Source of the DNA: Octopus bimaculoides
Taxonomy: Eukaryota
Direction: 5' to 3'
Assembly (NCBI RefSeq): GCF_001194135.2
Contig: NC_068982.1
Coordinates: 43,396,694-43,460,693 of the forward strand
Length of the DNA stretch: 64,000 bases
The notes under the pieces were generated by a model, which did no database searches, was not told where the DNA came from, and saw nothing but the letters and a program-made list of their open reading frames with translations. The translations under genes were made by a program, and so were the position numbers. How positions within the stretch are numbered: position 1 is the first letter of the stretch; each line of letters begins with the position of its first letter. Positions 39,176-53,724 of this stretch are shown here, piece by piece.

Positions 39176-41154
39176 GAAAAACTACCATCAAAAGGCGACT
39201 AGCCATGTGTAATTAGTTAGGCTACAGAACTAAGTTCTAGTTCTTTTATATGTATCTCTGGAGAGATATGATGAGGACTAGTCTTGGTACAATATTAATG
39301 AAATGTGCAATTTCAAGAGGTGGTGTTTCTTCAATCCAATAAGTTATTTCCTAAACAGATTGACACAAATTCTTGCAATTCTACACAAGATATCGATTAG
39401 CAAAAATAAATTTTTTAAAGTACTAGCGTTTTTCATATTTTTCAATTATGGTTATAGTTAGAACTGAACAGAAGAGAGATTTAAATTTCACTTGACCAGT
39501 TTATAAAGCAAGTGTATACTTGTATTGTGACTGAACAAACTAACCGACTGCTTCAAACTGAAAACTCACACATGCAAATCTTCAGGTGCCAGTCTACTGC
39601 CAATAAAGGAATAATATGAGAAACGTTGAGTACAGGTTTTTATGCCAATGCACTTGCTATTAAAAGTGGTAATTAAAAGAGATTTGTAAAAAAAAAAAAA
39701 GGACAAGAAAAGAGAGTTATGATTGAAAATGAATAATTGCTTGCTGCCACCTCAACAGTTAAAACAACATTATTCTAGTTATTTTGTGATTTATGGAAGA
39801 GGGGCAAGATTGGAGGAGGGGTATAAAAGAAAAGTAAAAAAGAATGGAATTGCTAAATAAAACGTGGGGGATTTTTAAGATGTGAGGTGATGTCAGAAAT
39901 ATTTCGGGTAAATTGGTTCCTTTCCCCCGCAAGAAGTAAAAGATTAAAAAAAAAATGAAACTAAAAGTAAAACCAAACAAACTATGGAATTATTAGAAAA
40001 AGAGAAAAAGAGAAAAAGGAAAAACAGTGCAATGTGAGAGAAAGGAGGGCATAGAGAGAGAGAGAGAGAGAATGGCAAACTAAAACATTAGCTTTAGTCC
40101 AAGTAAAACAGGAAGGTGGGAGGAGAGAGATGGCTAGAATGCTGAAGGAACTATTATTTGACATTCCTAATATCGGCTTTTGTATACGGGGCAACTTTAT
40201 CAATGGCCGGTCAAACGACGAAGCAACGAAGAACATGAGAGCTGACACTCGTTGGCAAACATTACTTCAGGAAAGAGAAAGAGAGAGAGGGGGGAGAGAG
40301 AAAGAGAGCGTGAGGCAGAAAGATGCAGTTTGTTTGAAGATTATTTTCAAAGTTTGTAAGTTTGTATTTGTCAGTAGCTTATCGTTATTACTATGCTTAC
40401 AGTAGAGAGAGAGGCAGAGGAAGAAATATTAAGAAACATTCAAGGAAGTGGTGGTGGTGGTGGTGGTGGTGGTGGTGGTGATAGTGATGGTAGTGGTGGA
40501 GGACACGTGTAAAGAGAAAGGAATGGTCGTGATGTTTGCTGTACAACAACCTAACAATATTAAGAAACACCAAGCAAAAAGTAAATGTTAAAAAATAAAT
40601 GAAGGCAAAAAGAAAAAATATAGAAAAAAAATGAGCAACAAAAAAGCAAAACGAAATAGTCAGGTCTGCTTCTTGAACACAACACTAGGTGACAGCAGAG
40701 AGAAACATCCGAAATATGTAGCTTTGTTTGACCTTCCCGCCTCGAATCTAAACAACTGCTAACTTCCCGTTTCAAGTTAGCGAATAACCATTTACCAAAG
40801 CAATTACAGGCATTTCCTACTCCCTTCTTCTATGCTCACACTTTTAACAACAACAACATTAGCGTTACCATCGCCGTCACAGCTATTGTTATTGAGAACT
40901 GCCGCAAAATGTTTCGACTTTGATACGAACTTCAATTCAGTTCCCAAACGAGAGAAAAACTGACAATATAAAACAGTTTTTGGCAGCACAGTGTTCTCAC
41001 AAACAATGCTTTTGCATGTTTCTGCAATTCTAAAGAAATGAAATAAGGCGGTGTGTATATATATAAAAATGATGACTTGTGAAATCAAAAGTAACTGCAT
41101 AAAGGCAAAGAGTCGACATGGCCGATTTACTGTAATTTCACGATCTCTATCAAT

Positions 41155-41291
41155 CAAGGGTAACCTGCGGCTCGCAGGACTTTCTAAATGACACGCCTAA
41201 CAGAGAAATCACCTTGAATTTTTTAGTAGTGCCCCAAGTGACGAGCCATTTTCTAATGCAGCCCACTTCTCGAAAAGGCTGCTCATACCTG
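41155..41291. mobile_element. Possible hAT-type MITE
   Basis: AACCTGCGGCTCGCAGG start and AAAAGGCTGCTCATACCTG end resemble Charlie-type termini. Confidence 0.35.
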
Positions 41292-41660
41292 GTTTATATT
41301 GATCTACATTTTTATTGTTTGTGACAATCGGTTTTCTTCAGACTCGGGGTTAAAGGGTGGACACAAAATAAAAGAAATCGACCAAGGTTTCAATGTTTAT
41401 TTTTATTAATGTTGCCCATTTAAACATAAGAGAAAATCTAGTATTCGGTGACGCAACAATACTAATAACATAATATTCATATCGATAAACATTTATGGAT
41501 GTTAATTCTCAAAATCCTTTATCTGGCATCATTTAAATTGTGCGTGTGCGTGTTACACTAACCAGCATCTCTCGAAAGTGTAGGAGAAAAAAAGAGATAA
41601 GGCTTGTTACAGATGCTTTCTTACATTCATCAGAGTGGAACTAAATTGTTAAGTGAAATA

Positions 41661-42898
41661 CAGAGTGCGTAAGCTATTTGAGGACATACATTTTTTGGGT
41701 CATTGCTGCAATTTTTGCTAACTCTGTATAATCTTTGTTTCAGAAAATAATAATGGCAGACTCTCAGCTTACTCAAGAAATGAAGAGGCAAGCAGTTTTT
41801 GTGGTTATAAAGGCTGAGCATAGCGATTTAGAAATATCTCGATTTTAAAAAGTTGCCAGATCTTTCGTCTACAAAGTTTGTAAGGAACTAGAGACTGAAG
41901 ATGGTAACGTATCACCATTAAAAAGCATTCTAAATGCTCTGAAAGCGATAAAACACTTGAATTTATCCAGCAAGTTCAACAGACCATTGATTACAATCCC
42001 AGAAAGTCCATGATGTCAATTGCAAAAGATCTCCATGTGTCAGAAGGAACAGTCAGAAATGTTGTCCACGAAGACATCAGATATAAGTCTTATATGATGA
42101 GGAGAGGTAAATTTGTCAGAAAAAGCGAAAGAAAATCACTACATCAGATCTAAAAGGTTCTTAAACAAACTGAAAACTCCAGCAGAAGATTCGATTTCGT
42201 TTTTCTCAAACGAGAAAAATTTTGACCAAGCTCAAAAGATTAACAGAAGAAATGACAGATGGTTATGTACAGAGCTTTCTTAAGTTACAAGTGTTATGCA
42301 TACAAAATTTCCTGCAACTGTTATGGTTTTAGGGGTTGTCAGCAATGAAGGACATATGATGCCTCCTTACTTCTTTCCACAAAGCCTTAGAGTTAATTCT
42401 GGCGCCTACATTGAGGTCCTGGAAACAATTAAGCCCTGGATAGACAGTGTATGCAATAGGACATATGTGTTTCAGTAAGACTCTGCACTATCACGCATGG
42501 CTCTAGTAACACAGAAATGGATGGCTGAAAATTTTCATGATCACAACCTAACATTTGGCCTCCTAATTTGTCAGATCTCAATCCACTGGACTATTACATG
42601 TGGAGCGTTGTTGAGAGAGAGGTCAATGAACACGCCCATAACACCAAAGATTCTTTGAAAGCTGCCATAGTCAGAGTAATGTCCAAAATGAACCAGGACC
42701 ACTTGATTCGAGCATGTAGATGATTTAGATCTCGTATAGAAGCAGTTGTTTAAGTTGAAGGTGGCTTTATTGAATAACATTATAGAAAAAAAGGTTTATT
42801 TTTATCCTCATAGCATTTTTTGATAAATAAAGTTATTTGTTATTATATATCTGTTTTTATATAAACATAAATCTGTCCTAAATACCTTACGCACCCTT
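41661..42898 (+). mobile_element. Full-length Tc1/mariner superfamily transposon (DD37D/maT-like), inactive
   Basis: TIRs CAGAGTGCGTAAGCTATTTGAGGACA and its approximate reverse complement at the right end, flanked by TA at 41659-41660 and 42899-42900; internal transposase remnant. Confidence 0.9.
41753..42777 (+). pseudogene. maT/DD37D-type transposase pseudogene
   Basis: MADSQLTQEMKRQAV...HVSEGTVRNVVHEDIRYKSY...FFSNEKNF...VMVLGVVSNEG...YVFQ*DSA...WPPNLSDLNPLDYYMWSVVE...EGGFIE*, with several stops and frameshifts. Confidence 0.85.
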
Positions 42899-43918
42899 TA
42901 TATTCATTGGCAATCTATTCGTTCATAGCCTTAGCATTAAATTCAGTTCCACTTAGTTGTACGCAAATGCCGAGAATCCATAGTCGGAACCAGTAGAAGA
43001 GTAAAGAATACAGTGAAGTTGGCTTGATCAACTTATCATTGTCTCTTTTACAGATAACAAACACTAACCAAAGAACGTTTAATTTTAAAGAGACGATAGC
43101 GAATGCAACAGATAACCAGACAAATCGCTTCACGACATGCAAATATTTTAAAATGCATCATTACCCAAGTTCAACCTCGTATGTCATCTATTCGTAGTTG
43201 TTGAATTAAGTAGTATTATTCGTGTCACGTAGTAATATCACCCCTTTTATTAAAGGCATGGTGAAACAGGCACAGGCAGTAGACTTACTCTGTGTCTCGG
43301 TTTAACATAATCAGCGAGTCCTTGGATGCAAAGAGTGATGTTAATATGGTTATAGAAAACCTGTCAAATGTCAGATTAACCTTGCTAACAAATCTCTATC
43401 TTCTTTACTTCCGAGAAAGTGGTCACTACAGGAAGTACGAGGGCACGTCAGTATATTCAAAGTACTGCGGACAGAAACAGGAATAAAAGCCAATATGGTG
43501 GGGTTGATTAATCAACACTTTCTTCGTACAACGAGTCTTGTAGATAAGTATCGTTATATATCGAAGTAAATTTTGAAGAAATAGCAATAAATTTCAATGT
43601 TAAGAGAAGCCATAGGTGTCTCACTTCACCCCTTCTCACTCCACTCCCTACCATCAAAATATATCTACATAAAATTACAAAAATGTGGTAGTACATACAA
43701 TGGTACAAATAAGGCAATGGTTATTTCTTTTGATAAGGACGTGAGGATAATATTAATTAGTTTAGTCAACTTGAACAGAAGTTTATCGATTGGAGATTTC
43801 GGATATCATTCAACCTACACTCGAATGGATGTCAGTGCTATTTTATATAAAATAAAAGCTTTATATCGAAACTGATAAGGTTGATACATAGATGAGGGAA
43901 ATGAACAGATCTACTATA

Positions 43919-44104
43919 CAGTAATCCCTCGACTATCGCGGGTGCTACGTTCCAAAACTGCGAAGTAGAAACAGTACTGTACTGTACTTTTTTTTTTGTA
44001 TATATTTATCTTATTATAAATGCAAAACAACACCATGGAGGAATCGACATAAGCTTAAATAATAAACCGCGACAGGTGAACCACGATATGGCCAGGGATT
44101 ACTG
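43919..44104. mobile_element. Tigger/pogo-type MITE with TA TSD
   Basis: TA|CAGTAATCCCTCG ... CCAGGGATTACTG|TA. Confidence 0.85.
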
Positions 44105-44773
44105 TATCTATTTTTGAGATTCGTAGTTAATTCAGTGTGTGTCAAGCCTCACTTAGCACATTCTTTCTCTTATCAAAGCCAGTCCTATTATGATGCTTAT
44201 GTGGTGTTCAGTTCATTAAAAAAAAGGGTAAATGATTCTCTGAATCGAATGCTATCCCAGGTATTTTTCCCGCGACATATCCATTTTCATATTAAAGCAA
44301 TCAATTACACCATCTGCGTTGCTTACTTTGAAGTCAGCAGAATCAGTCACAGAGCGATTAGTGTGTTTAGTCATAGACACAAACAAAGCAATATTTGCGA
44401 AGAGACACAAGCCACAGACTTGTTTTTATTGATTGTCTGGAAGCTCATCAACTCTTTCGTCTGTATTCTCAAAAAACGTAAAAGACAACGGACTGACAAA
44501 TCAATACAATTTCCTATTCCATGGACATAACTTTGTCTTGATATATTTCATTAAAGAACTCGCCAAACGACCATTACAGTGACTGAAATCCAATAAGTCA
44601 AATGTCGAGGTTAGGGTTTTAAATGAAACTAAATGGACAAGATTAGCTGTGAATTGAAAGCAGAGTATGGATTGCATTCTAGTATAGCACTAGTATATCA
44701 AAGGCCAAAAAAAAAAAACTGGGTAAAATACCACACCACACTATCAGACATAGGAAAACTGAGAAATTAAAGT

Positions 44774-45047
44774 GGCTCTCCGTCGGTTATGACGACGAGA
44801 GTTCCATTTGATCCGATCAACGAAAGTACGTGTATCCTTAACGTAGTTCTGAGGGTGATTCAACGGTGACGAAGAATGTGACAAGGCTGGCCCTTTGAAA
44901 TACAGGTGCTACTCATTTTTGCCAACTGAGTAGACTGGAATAACATGAAAAAGTGTCTTGCTCAAGGATAAAACGCATCACCGGGAATTGAAATCATGAC
45001 CTTACGATCGTGAGCCGAATACCCTAACCACTGAGCCACGCGTCTTC
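44774..45047 (-). mobile_element. SINE B-related subfamily copy
   Basis: Reverse complement of 9835-10159 with an internal deletion. Confidence 0.8.
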
Positions 45048-47218
45048 ACTCCAGCGAAATTTATAAAGTTTAAAATTACATCAACGGACGGCAGATAGCA
45101 CACTTATTCTATTTCGTACCATCATCATCGCTTTGTCACCTCATTAACGTTTACTTTTCCATGCTTCCATGGATCAGACAGAATTAACTAAATTTTAAAA
45201 AATAGTGTAGGGAAGAAACTAACCTTGTCTTCGTTTACGAATTTTATTTTATACTAACAGCCTATTTCAATCGTCATCCTAACTGGTCAAAAAAGGTTTT
45301 TATCCAAGATCGATAAAATAACATCTTGTACTTCAGTCGATTTAATCGATTAAACTTCACAAAATGTGCACCCTTGTACCCTACAAACAATTATCTTCTA
45401 GTATCGTTCATTCTACTAACCTAAAAAATAATGTGAGACAACCAGCACCGCAGACAGCTTGAGGCTAAGTTTACTGTCTTAAACTGTCCCTGATTCCCCC
45501 ACCTGAAACGAATATCAACACTTAGAGAAAGAGAAGGAAAGGTTCAAGTCGTTGTCGTATAACAGTTGTACCGTCTGAATAAAACAGATACCGGATGCAT
45601 TTGGATATCCACCCGATTTTATAAAATTACATCAACGGGTCAACGAACTTGACATGTCACACGATACATCTTTTACTTTGCTCATCACACATGCGCAGAA
45701 GGAGATAATTCATGTTAAAGGATGTAACCAGCTCCAGAAACTATAAAAAAAACAAATAAGCCTGAAAAAAATGTTAATACTGGCAAAAAAAAAAAAAATC
45801 ATATATTTTTAGAAAGGAAAAATTATATGTTGTGGCTCTTATGCTTTTCCCCAAGATTGCTAGGTGTTCAAAACTAAAATATTGGCTATAAACGGCACTG
45901 CCGATTCTGCCAGCCACAGATTACCATCGGCAATTTTTTCACTACCATGAGAGTTTTCGATTCTGCATATGTGTTTTTTTTTTTATGCAAATCATACCCA
46001 ATAAAGCGTTTGAGACAATCCCCTATAATATTCATGCGATTCAGTCATCACTGATTGAGGATAACACGGTACCTTCAGTTTTTATTTGTGACGCTTATCC
46101 CAAATTCATCTCTGATAACATGGGTCGGAGTTCAGTCAAAAGTTTCTGCTTGGACAGCAAAAACTCGCCCCAGCGACCATCTACAACGCTCGGGACAACT
46201 TGCGGTCTCGAAACGAAACCTATTTCCGATGTTCTATCATTCATTTATGGCTGATTCATTTAACACAATGTTTTATATTTGGAACCAAACACCTGTGATA
46301 AACGAGGATATATGTACTATCTATGTCAATATATTTTAGAAAGGCATTAACGCCACGTTTTAATCATTACTGTCACTCATAGTCACATAATGCCTCCACT
46401 AATCAAGAAATTATTTTTATATTATCTTGTGGAAACCAAAATCAACATCATTACGTTTATAAACATCATTACAAAATGCGAGGTAATTACCTTTAATATG
46501 AAAAATCTGCTGCAAAACAGAGTTAGCTCCCTTGAGCATTAAGTTTCCATGTTTGTTGTCTCTGTTACCATGGAATTAATATGTAAAGAGGAGGTTCGCT
46601 GTGACAATGGAACAATCATATGCAAAATGTATTTGCTATCAAAAAATTTATTTTCGAGCATGTATATAAATTAACTAAACGCAACTAATGGATGTTTAGT
46701 TTTTCCTCAGCGATGTGACACGAAACAATATTGGAAAGATAATACTTAATGCTTCAAAAAACCTCACAAAATCAATCTTACGTTTACAACTACATCACAA
46801 AATGCGTTATGTAATACATATGTCAGTACTGAATGAGTAATAAAAACAGGGTTGTCATGTTTTACTAAATCACTAAAGTAACATTTTTAATAAACTTTAT
46901 ATAAAATAAGCGTTTATATCGAAATAAAACAAAATATCATTTGCTGAATGAGTTCATTTAGAATTTTATAACAAGAAATTTCCTAAAATATTTTAGTATG
47001 TTTTCCTTAAACTTTATATTTTGCCAAGAGAAGTATGCTTCTGCTTTTGTTTTTCCGTCGAGGTGGAGATTCTTCTGATCAAAGGGGGCTGGTGACAGAA
47101 TTAGTAGAGTGCCCCGTAGTATTTATTTCCAGCAGCTCCTACGTTTTGTCTCTGGTCAAGAAAGTTCTTTCTTAAATACCACAGATCATCTAGTAGAAAA
47201 CATAATTAATTAAAAGAA

Positions 47219-47465
47219 AGTGGTTGGCGTTTGGGAGGGCATCCAGCTGTCAAAACGCCAAAACTAACCTCGCCTGTGCTACTGCCACGTAAAAAAACAC
47301 TGAGTCTACTCTGCAGAGTGGCTGATGTTAAGAAGGGCATTCAGTCTTAAATACCCAGCCAAAATAGACACAGTAGCCTAGGGTAATTTTTCTACCTGGC
47401 CAACTCCTGTCAACCGTCCTTCCCATGCATACATGGAAGATGGACGTTAAACGATCACGATGAGA
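47219..47465 (+). mobile_element. Diverged RTE-type 3' UTR fragment
   Basis: GTGGTTGGCGTTTGGGAGGGCATCCAGCTG...CATGGAAGATGGACGTTAAACGAT. Confidence 0.65.
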
Positions 47466-47857
47466 TGCAAGGGTGCCTAACTGAAGGTCTATTTCACTGG
47501 TGTAAAGCATCGTTAGCAATGGAAATTTGAAGAGTATTTTCATTAGTTTTCCGTTTAAGTGACTCCGGTACCTTTTAGCTCAGAGGTGAGATGTTTCTTA
47601 CGAAACTAACTTTCTTTACATAAGGCTTCAGAAGCGGCCTGCCCTGCCGACCCAGTGGGGTAAAGGATTAGGAATGGTAAACAAAAAGTTTTATCATGAA
47701 TGTGGGAGATCAAGTTTTAGCATAGTACTCTTCAGAAGCACATGTTTAATCTGTACTCTATATGCACCTAACTCCAAAATACAAATATTAAGACATCTTT
47801 ACAAAGACAACCACGAGTAATTAGGACTGTGCTAGCTTGAGAATGTATGAAGAAACT

Positions 47858-47889
<32 letters not shown>

Positions 47890-47893
<4 letters not shown>

Positions 47894-48096
47894 GTGGGCC
47901 AACAGTCATTCACAAAATAAGTTCAATACGCTCCGGAATTGTCAAAGACATGCTTCAATTTTTCTAAAATTGAATAAAATAAATAAAATAATGGTGAATA
48001 TACACGTGCTTGCACATGATGGACAAAATAAATAAGGATAAAAACGTAATATGAATAAAATATCATGTTTTGATGCGTGACTTTTGGCCGAGCTTG
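47890..48096. mobile_element. Probable Tc1/mariner-type MITE
   Basis: CAGGGTGGGCCAACAGTC and an imperfect inverted match GACTTTTGGCCGAGCTTG. Confidence 0.45.
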
Positions 48097-48262
48097 TGCG
48101 TGCGCGCGTGGACGAAGGCTAGCAGGCTGAAATTTGGAAGTTACAGTCACCCTTCTTGTAATTGTATAACAAATACAGACGCTTCAAAAAGTACTGGAAT
48201 ATTGAGTAATTCTTCAGCTTAAAGTTAAATTATTTATATTATACCTGACAGTAAAACTACCA

Positions 48263-48295
<33 letters not shown>

Positions 48296-48298
48296 TAT

Positions 48299-48571
48299 TG
48301 TTGTTGTTGTTGTTGTTGGCACTCCGTCGCTTACGACGTCGAGGGTTCCAGTTGATCCGATCAACGGAACAGCCTGCTCGTGAAATTAACGTGCAAGTGG
48401 CTGAGCACTCCACAGACACGTGTACCCTTAACGTAGTTCTCGGGGACATTCAGCGTGACACAGTGTGACAAGGCTGGCCCTTTGAATTACATGCACAACA
48501 GAAACCGGAAGTAAGAGTGAGAGAAAGTTGTGGTGAAAGAGTACAGCAGGGTTCGCCACCATCCCCTGCCA
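48299..48571 (-). mobile_element. SINE B 3' part with (CAA)n tail, cut by gap
   Basis: Reverse complement of 9560-9816. Confidence 0.9.
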
Positions 48572-49658
48572 NNNNNNNNNNNNNNNNNNNNNNNNNNNNN
48601 NNNNNNNNNNNNNNNNNNNNNNNNNNNNNNNNNNNNNNNNNNNNNNNNNNNNNNNNNNNNNNNNNNNNNNNNNNNNNNNNNNNNNNNNNNNNNNNNNNNN
48701 NNNNNNNNNNNNNNNNNNNNNNNNNNNNNNNNNGTTTCACTGTCGTTTGATGATTCACGCATGCGTAGAACTGTACTGAAATAGCAGACGTAAAAAATAT
48801 CAGTCCACCACCACAAAACACGACATGCTACAAACAGCAGGGAAAACGACATTATTTCTGAAGAAACCTCCCCGCTTCCCAAACAGCTAAATGCGAAACA
48901 TTGAGAGTTTGTAGCTTTTTGAAAGTGGTGAGGTGATGGGTGAATGCTGGGGAAGATTTTAGTGTTTCTTACGTCAAAATCGGCAACTCAGTTTTCGAAT
49001 CCCTGAAGAACATACACACACACACACTCAAATTCTGATAGATAGATAGATAGATAGATATTGTTAGATGTTGCGGTTTGGTATAATATTTTAGTTATAT
49101 CACATTTCACCTTCAGACCTTAGTCTCTCTTGATTGAATAGAGAACGAAGACAAGCTAGCCATGACCATCCAGTCTTTTTGAGGTAATTCAGGATTACAA
49201 TATCCATTGTAACCACCTCTTTAATTTTTGAAGACATTACGGCTTGATTTGAGGGAGATTTTTTTACCGTTTGTTTCAGTAGGTCGAGCGAATATACAAA
49301 AAAGGGCCCCGTCGCTGGCTCAGACACACGCACACAGATGTATCTGTGTATGTGTGTGCGCGTATGTGTACATACACACACACACACACAACAAAAATAC
49401 TGGTGAAAATCACATCTTTTATAGTAGAATTCACCATATAAAGCCGACAATATTTTCGCTGTCTAATACTTTAAATTTCTCGAAGTTCTTCTAAATGATA
49501 TTTGGATCTAGTTGTCATCCATGAGGAAATATCTTGGATGTGTCTTCTGCTTGCATTTATTGGTGTCTGGTTGTTTGATACAGCTAGCCAAATTCGTGTT
49601 AAAATGAGTTCTTTATTGAAATCTGCCTGGATTCTTTAATCCCTTTTTCCTTCTTATA

Positions 49659-49698
<40 letters not shown>

Positions 49699-50363
49699 GT
49701 AAGGCGATTTGACGTCTATCTTTAGCAGATTAGGAATCCACTTTAGTGGTCATTCCTCTTATTAATTGTAATATAATTCTCAAATCTTCGGATTTTTTAA
49801 AATATGCTAGACCACTGGTTTAAATTGATGTTAAAAGATCAATATCAATTTCTACCCTCCTTATTTAAGTGGGGGGGGGCTTACTGTTGAAAATATGCTG
49901 TGGTATATTATAATATATTACAACGATATAAAATCATAATATTTTAATCCCATGATTTAAAAAAAATTTCAATGAATAAAGATGAACTATATGCATATAT
50001 AATAAAAGCGTTGGGACATAAATTCAGTGATTCATATGAATTCTTATGTAGCATCTCATTCATAGATTTTATGTTTTAATGCAGGCAGAAATAAAACAAG
50101 AAAAAAAAAAAGAAAAACAAGCTTTTAAAGCACACACGCGTTTTCCACATCCATGGAGAAGTAATAATAATGATGAAAAGTAACAACGTTACAGAATATC
50201 GGATATTTTACAGCAATGACACTTGTACAGGGATGCGTTGTTGCGTATGGTGTATCACCTCTCATAACACACTCGCGCAAACGACAGGACAATGCAAACC
50301 AACTCATCTTCCTCTCATATTCATACATATACATACATATATAAATATACGAACGTATGTATG

Positions 50364-50394
<31 letters not shown>

Positions 50395-51095
50395 TACACA
50401 CACACACAGTCAAAAAGCACACCCACACAAGTCTATAAAACAAGCAATAACGCCAACATCATTTCCGGTATTGACAAGTCATACGTAAATATAGGGATGC
50501 ATTTATCGGAGTCAGTCAGGTTTGAATGTGGACAGCTGGCACAAGGTACCCCTCTCCCCTACCACGACTACTACTACCACCACCACCCCGCAAAAAGAAA
50601 AAAAACTCTCTCTTCTGTCTCGCCCTTTTCTCTCTAGACAGAAGGTCTTCATACGCTTCATTAATTAACATGATGGCACAGTCGGGTCCCTTCGTTTTAA
50701 TCAAGGGTTACCAATTGCCAAATAGCTCGTGTGCAATTTCGGGGAGAATAAAGTATCCCTGTGAAATGAACCAAAAATCTATAAACGCAAAGTGATATTT
50801 GCGGATGTGATATTAAAACTTTAAATGAAAAAAAAAAAAGCAGAAAAAAAAAAAGATAAAATAATTAGTTTTTCCTTTTTTTTTTTTTTAGTAAAAGAGG
50901 ATGGGGGTTTAAAATATAACAAAATATATATATATATATACTAAATTATTTTAGTTACTCAATTATTCATTCATTTATTCATAAATACGTAAAGTTGGCT
51001 TAAATGAAAATATTAAAAAAAAATATACACTAAAAATATAAGTTACCAGACACGCATTCAATCACTCACACGCTGACGGTCTGTCTGTCTGTCAA

Positions 51096-51130
<35 letters not shown>

Positions 51131-51271
51131 CTCTCTCTCTCTCTCTCTTTCGTACACACACACCCACACATGCAAATTGTAAACAAAAAGGGCGATGAAG
51201 TAAAATAAACAGGCTATGCTATTTATTTATTTACTAAAATCTCTCTTCAACGTTGAGTCATCGGAAAATTT

Positions 51272-51729
51272 TGTTTTATCTTTCACTTGTTTCGGTCATT
51301 GGACTACGGCCATACTGGGGCACCGCCCAGAAGGGTTTTAGTCGAACGCATCGATTTCCCCACCCTTACCAGTACTTAATTTTTTCAGCCCCGGTACTTA
51401 TCCAATCGTATCTTTTGCCGAACCGCTACCTTACAGACACGAAAACAAACCAACACGGGCTGTCAAACAGTGGCGTGGGGACAAACACATACACACAAAC
51501 GACGGGCTTCCTTTAGTTTCCTATTTCTTTATTGCCCACAAGGGGCTAAACATAGCGGGGACAAACAAGGTCAGACAAAAGAATTAAGTCGATTACAATG
51601 CGTAACTGGTACTTAATTTATCGACCCCAAAAGGATGAAAGGCAAAGTCGACCTCGGCGGAATTTGAACTCAGAACGTAACAGCAGACGAAATACCGCTA
51701 AGCTTTTCGCCCAGCATGCTAACGTTTCC
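51272..51729 (-). mobile_element. SINE C 3' half (51272-51520) followed by SINE A (51528-51729)
   Basis: Both match reverse complements of the family copies. Confidence 0.8.
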
Positions 51730-51943
51730 CCAAAACACACGCGCGCGCNNNNNNNNNNNNNNNNNNNNNNNNNNNNNNNNNNNNNNNNNNNNNNNNNNNN
51801 NNNNNNNNNNNNNNNNNNNNNNNNNNNNNNNNNNNNNNNNNNNNNNNNNNNNNNNNNNNNNNNNNNNNNNNNNTATATGTGCGTTTCTGTTCAATCTTAT
51901 AATTGTTTTTTTTTCTTTTAATCTAATTTTATTTATCTATTTG

Positions 51944-52095
51944 CCTGGTACAAGGGTGAAGAAGTTTGCTTCACAACGACAGGGTTCCACGTTCAGTCCC
52001 ACTTGGGTAAGTGTCTTCTGCTATAGCCACAGGCCGACCAAAGCCTTGCAGGTGGATTTGGCAGACAGAAACTGAAAGAAGCCCGTCGTGTGTGT
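51944..52095 (+). mobile_element. SINE C 5' half
   Basis: GTTCAGTCCCAC-TTGGGTAAGTGTCTTCTGCTATAGCC...GAAACTGAAAGAAGCCCGTCG. Confidence 0.8.
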
Positions 52096-52115
52096 GTGTA
52101 TATATATATATATAT

Positions 52116-52150
<35 letters not shown>

Positions 52151-53693
52151 ATAATAATCATATTTAGAATAATAAAAGTCGATTCAAGGTTAAGTATCAA
52201 TAAAAAAATTAAAAAAACTGCGTACAGGACGAAATAAAAAAGGAAAATAAAAACGAAAATCGAATAATAACTTACAATGATGAAGATACATTCTGTCAAT
52301 AAATTCACTTCGGAATAAATTTTCTGCTGAAATAAATAGAAATAATACATTAAAACAAATTCAATGATTTCAAGCAGAAAATTAATTTAAAATTTTTAGA
52401 AGATTGCAGAAAGAAAAAAAAAATTATTGATAAAAATGCATAACTGTTTCCCTCCAAGTTGAAGTTGATCATCCGTATTCTCCAAGTGGGTGTTTATTGC
52501 TAGATTTCTTTCAAATGTTGACATGTTTGCTTACACAAGACAGTGCTATAAACCACATGATTCTTGACGGAACAGAAGTACCACACCATAATATCACGCC
52601 ATATCTTACGGCGCCATATCATACCATGCAATGATATAGCACATATTAACCATTGATAATAACAACAACAACAACAACAACAATAATTATTTCTAAATTT
52701 GGTACAAGGCTAGGAATTCTGAGTGGGGGAAAGTAGCAAGTTGATTGCATCAACCGCCCCCCCCCACCTCCCACATTCCAAAGGATGAAAGGCAAAGTTG
52801 AACATAGGTGGTATTTGAACTAAGAACGTAATGAGCCGGATGAAATGCTGCTAGGCATTTTGTCCGACATGCTAACGAATCAGCCCGTTCACCGCCTTAT
52901 TTCTTTTTTTTTTTTTTAATAGTGATTTCAAATTCTGTCACAAGGTCAGCAATTTTATGGGGAGAGAACAGGTCGGTTATATCGACCGCACAGCCCGAAC
53001 TCAAAACGTAAAAAGCCGGAAGAAACGCTACTCAGCATTTTGTCCGACGGGCACTGGCTTTTAAATAATAATAATAATAATAATAATAATAATTGTTTCA
53101 AATTTTGGTACAAGGCCAGCAATTTTGTGGGGAGAGAACAGGTCGGTTACATCGACCGCAAAGCTTGAACTCAGAACATAGAGAGAGCCGGAAGAAATGC
53201 CGCTCAGCATTTTGTTCGACGCGCACCACTTTTTTAATAATTGTTTCAAATTTTTGCTCAATGCCAGCAATTTTGAGGGAAGTGGATTAGTCGATTGCAT
53301 CCATCCTAGTTTATAACTGGTATTTTAGTTTATCTAATCGGAAGAAAGAAAAGCAAAGTTCACTTTGGCGAAATTTGAAATCAGAATATAAAGAAAGGGA
53401 GTAAATTTCGCAAAGCATTTTTTCTGCTGCTCCAACGATTCTACCAGCGTCGCCTTTAATAATGGTTTCTGATACCGGCACAAGGTCGACAATTTTGAGG
53501 AGAGAGGTGTTTGTAACTCGATTAAATCGTCCCCACTTTGAACGGTACCATGTTTTATCGACTCTGGGAGAGATGAAGGGCGAAGTTAACCTCGGCAGTA
53601 TTTTAATTCAGAACGAAAAAAAGAAAAAAACCGAGCAAACAGAACCAAGCTGTTTTCCAACGCTCTAATGACTCTATAAATCCACTGCCCTAT

Positions 53694-53696
<3 letters not shown>

Positions 53697-53724
<28 letters not shown>

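Noticed and set aside
50610-50795. Polypyrimidine tract plus AG followed by an open frame
   Set aside because: No good donor site and no recognisable peptide; could be regulatory but unsupported.
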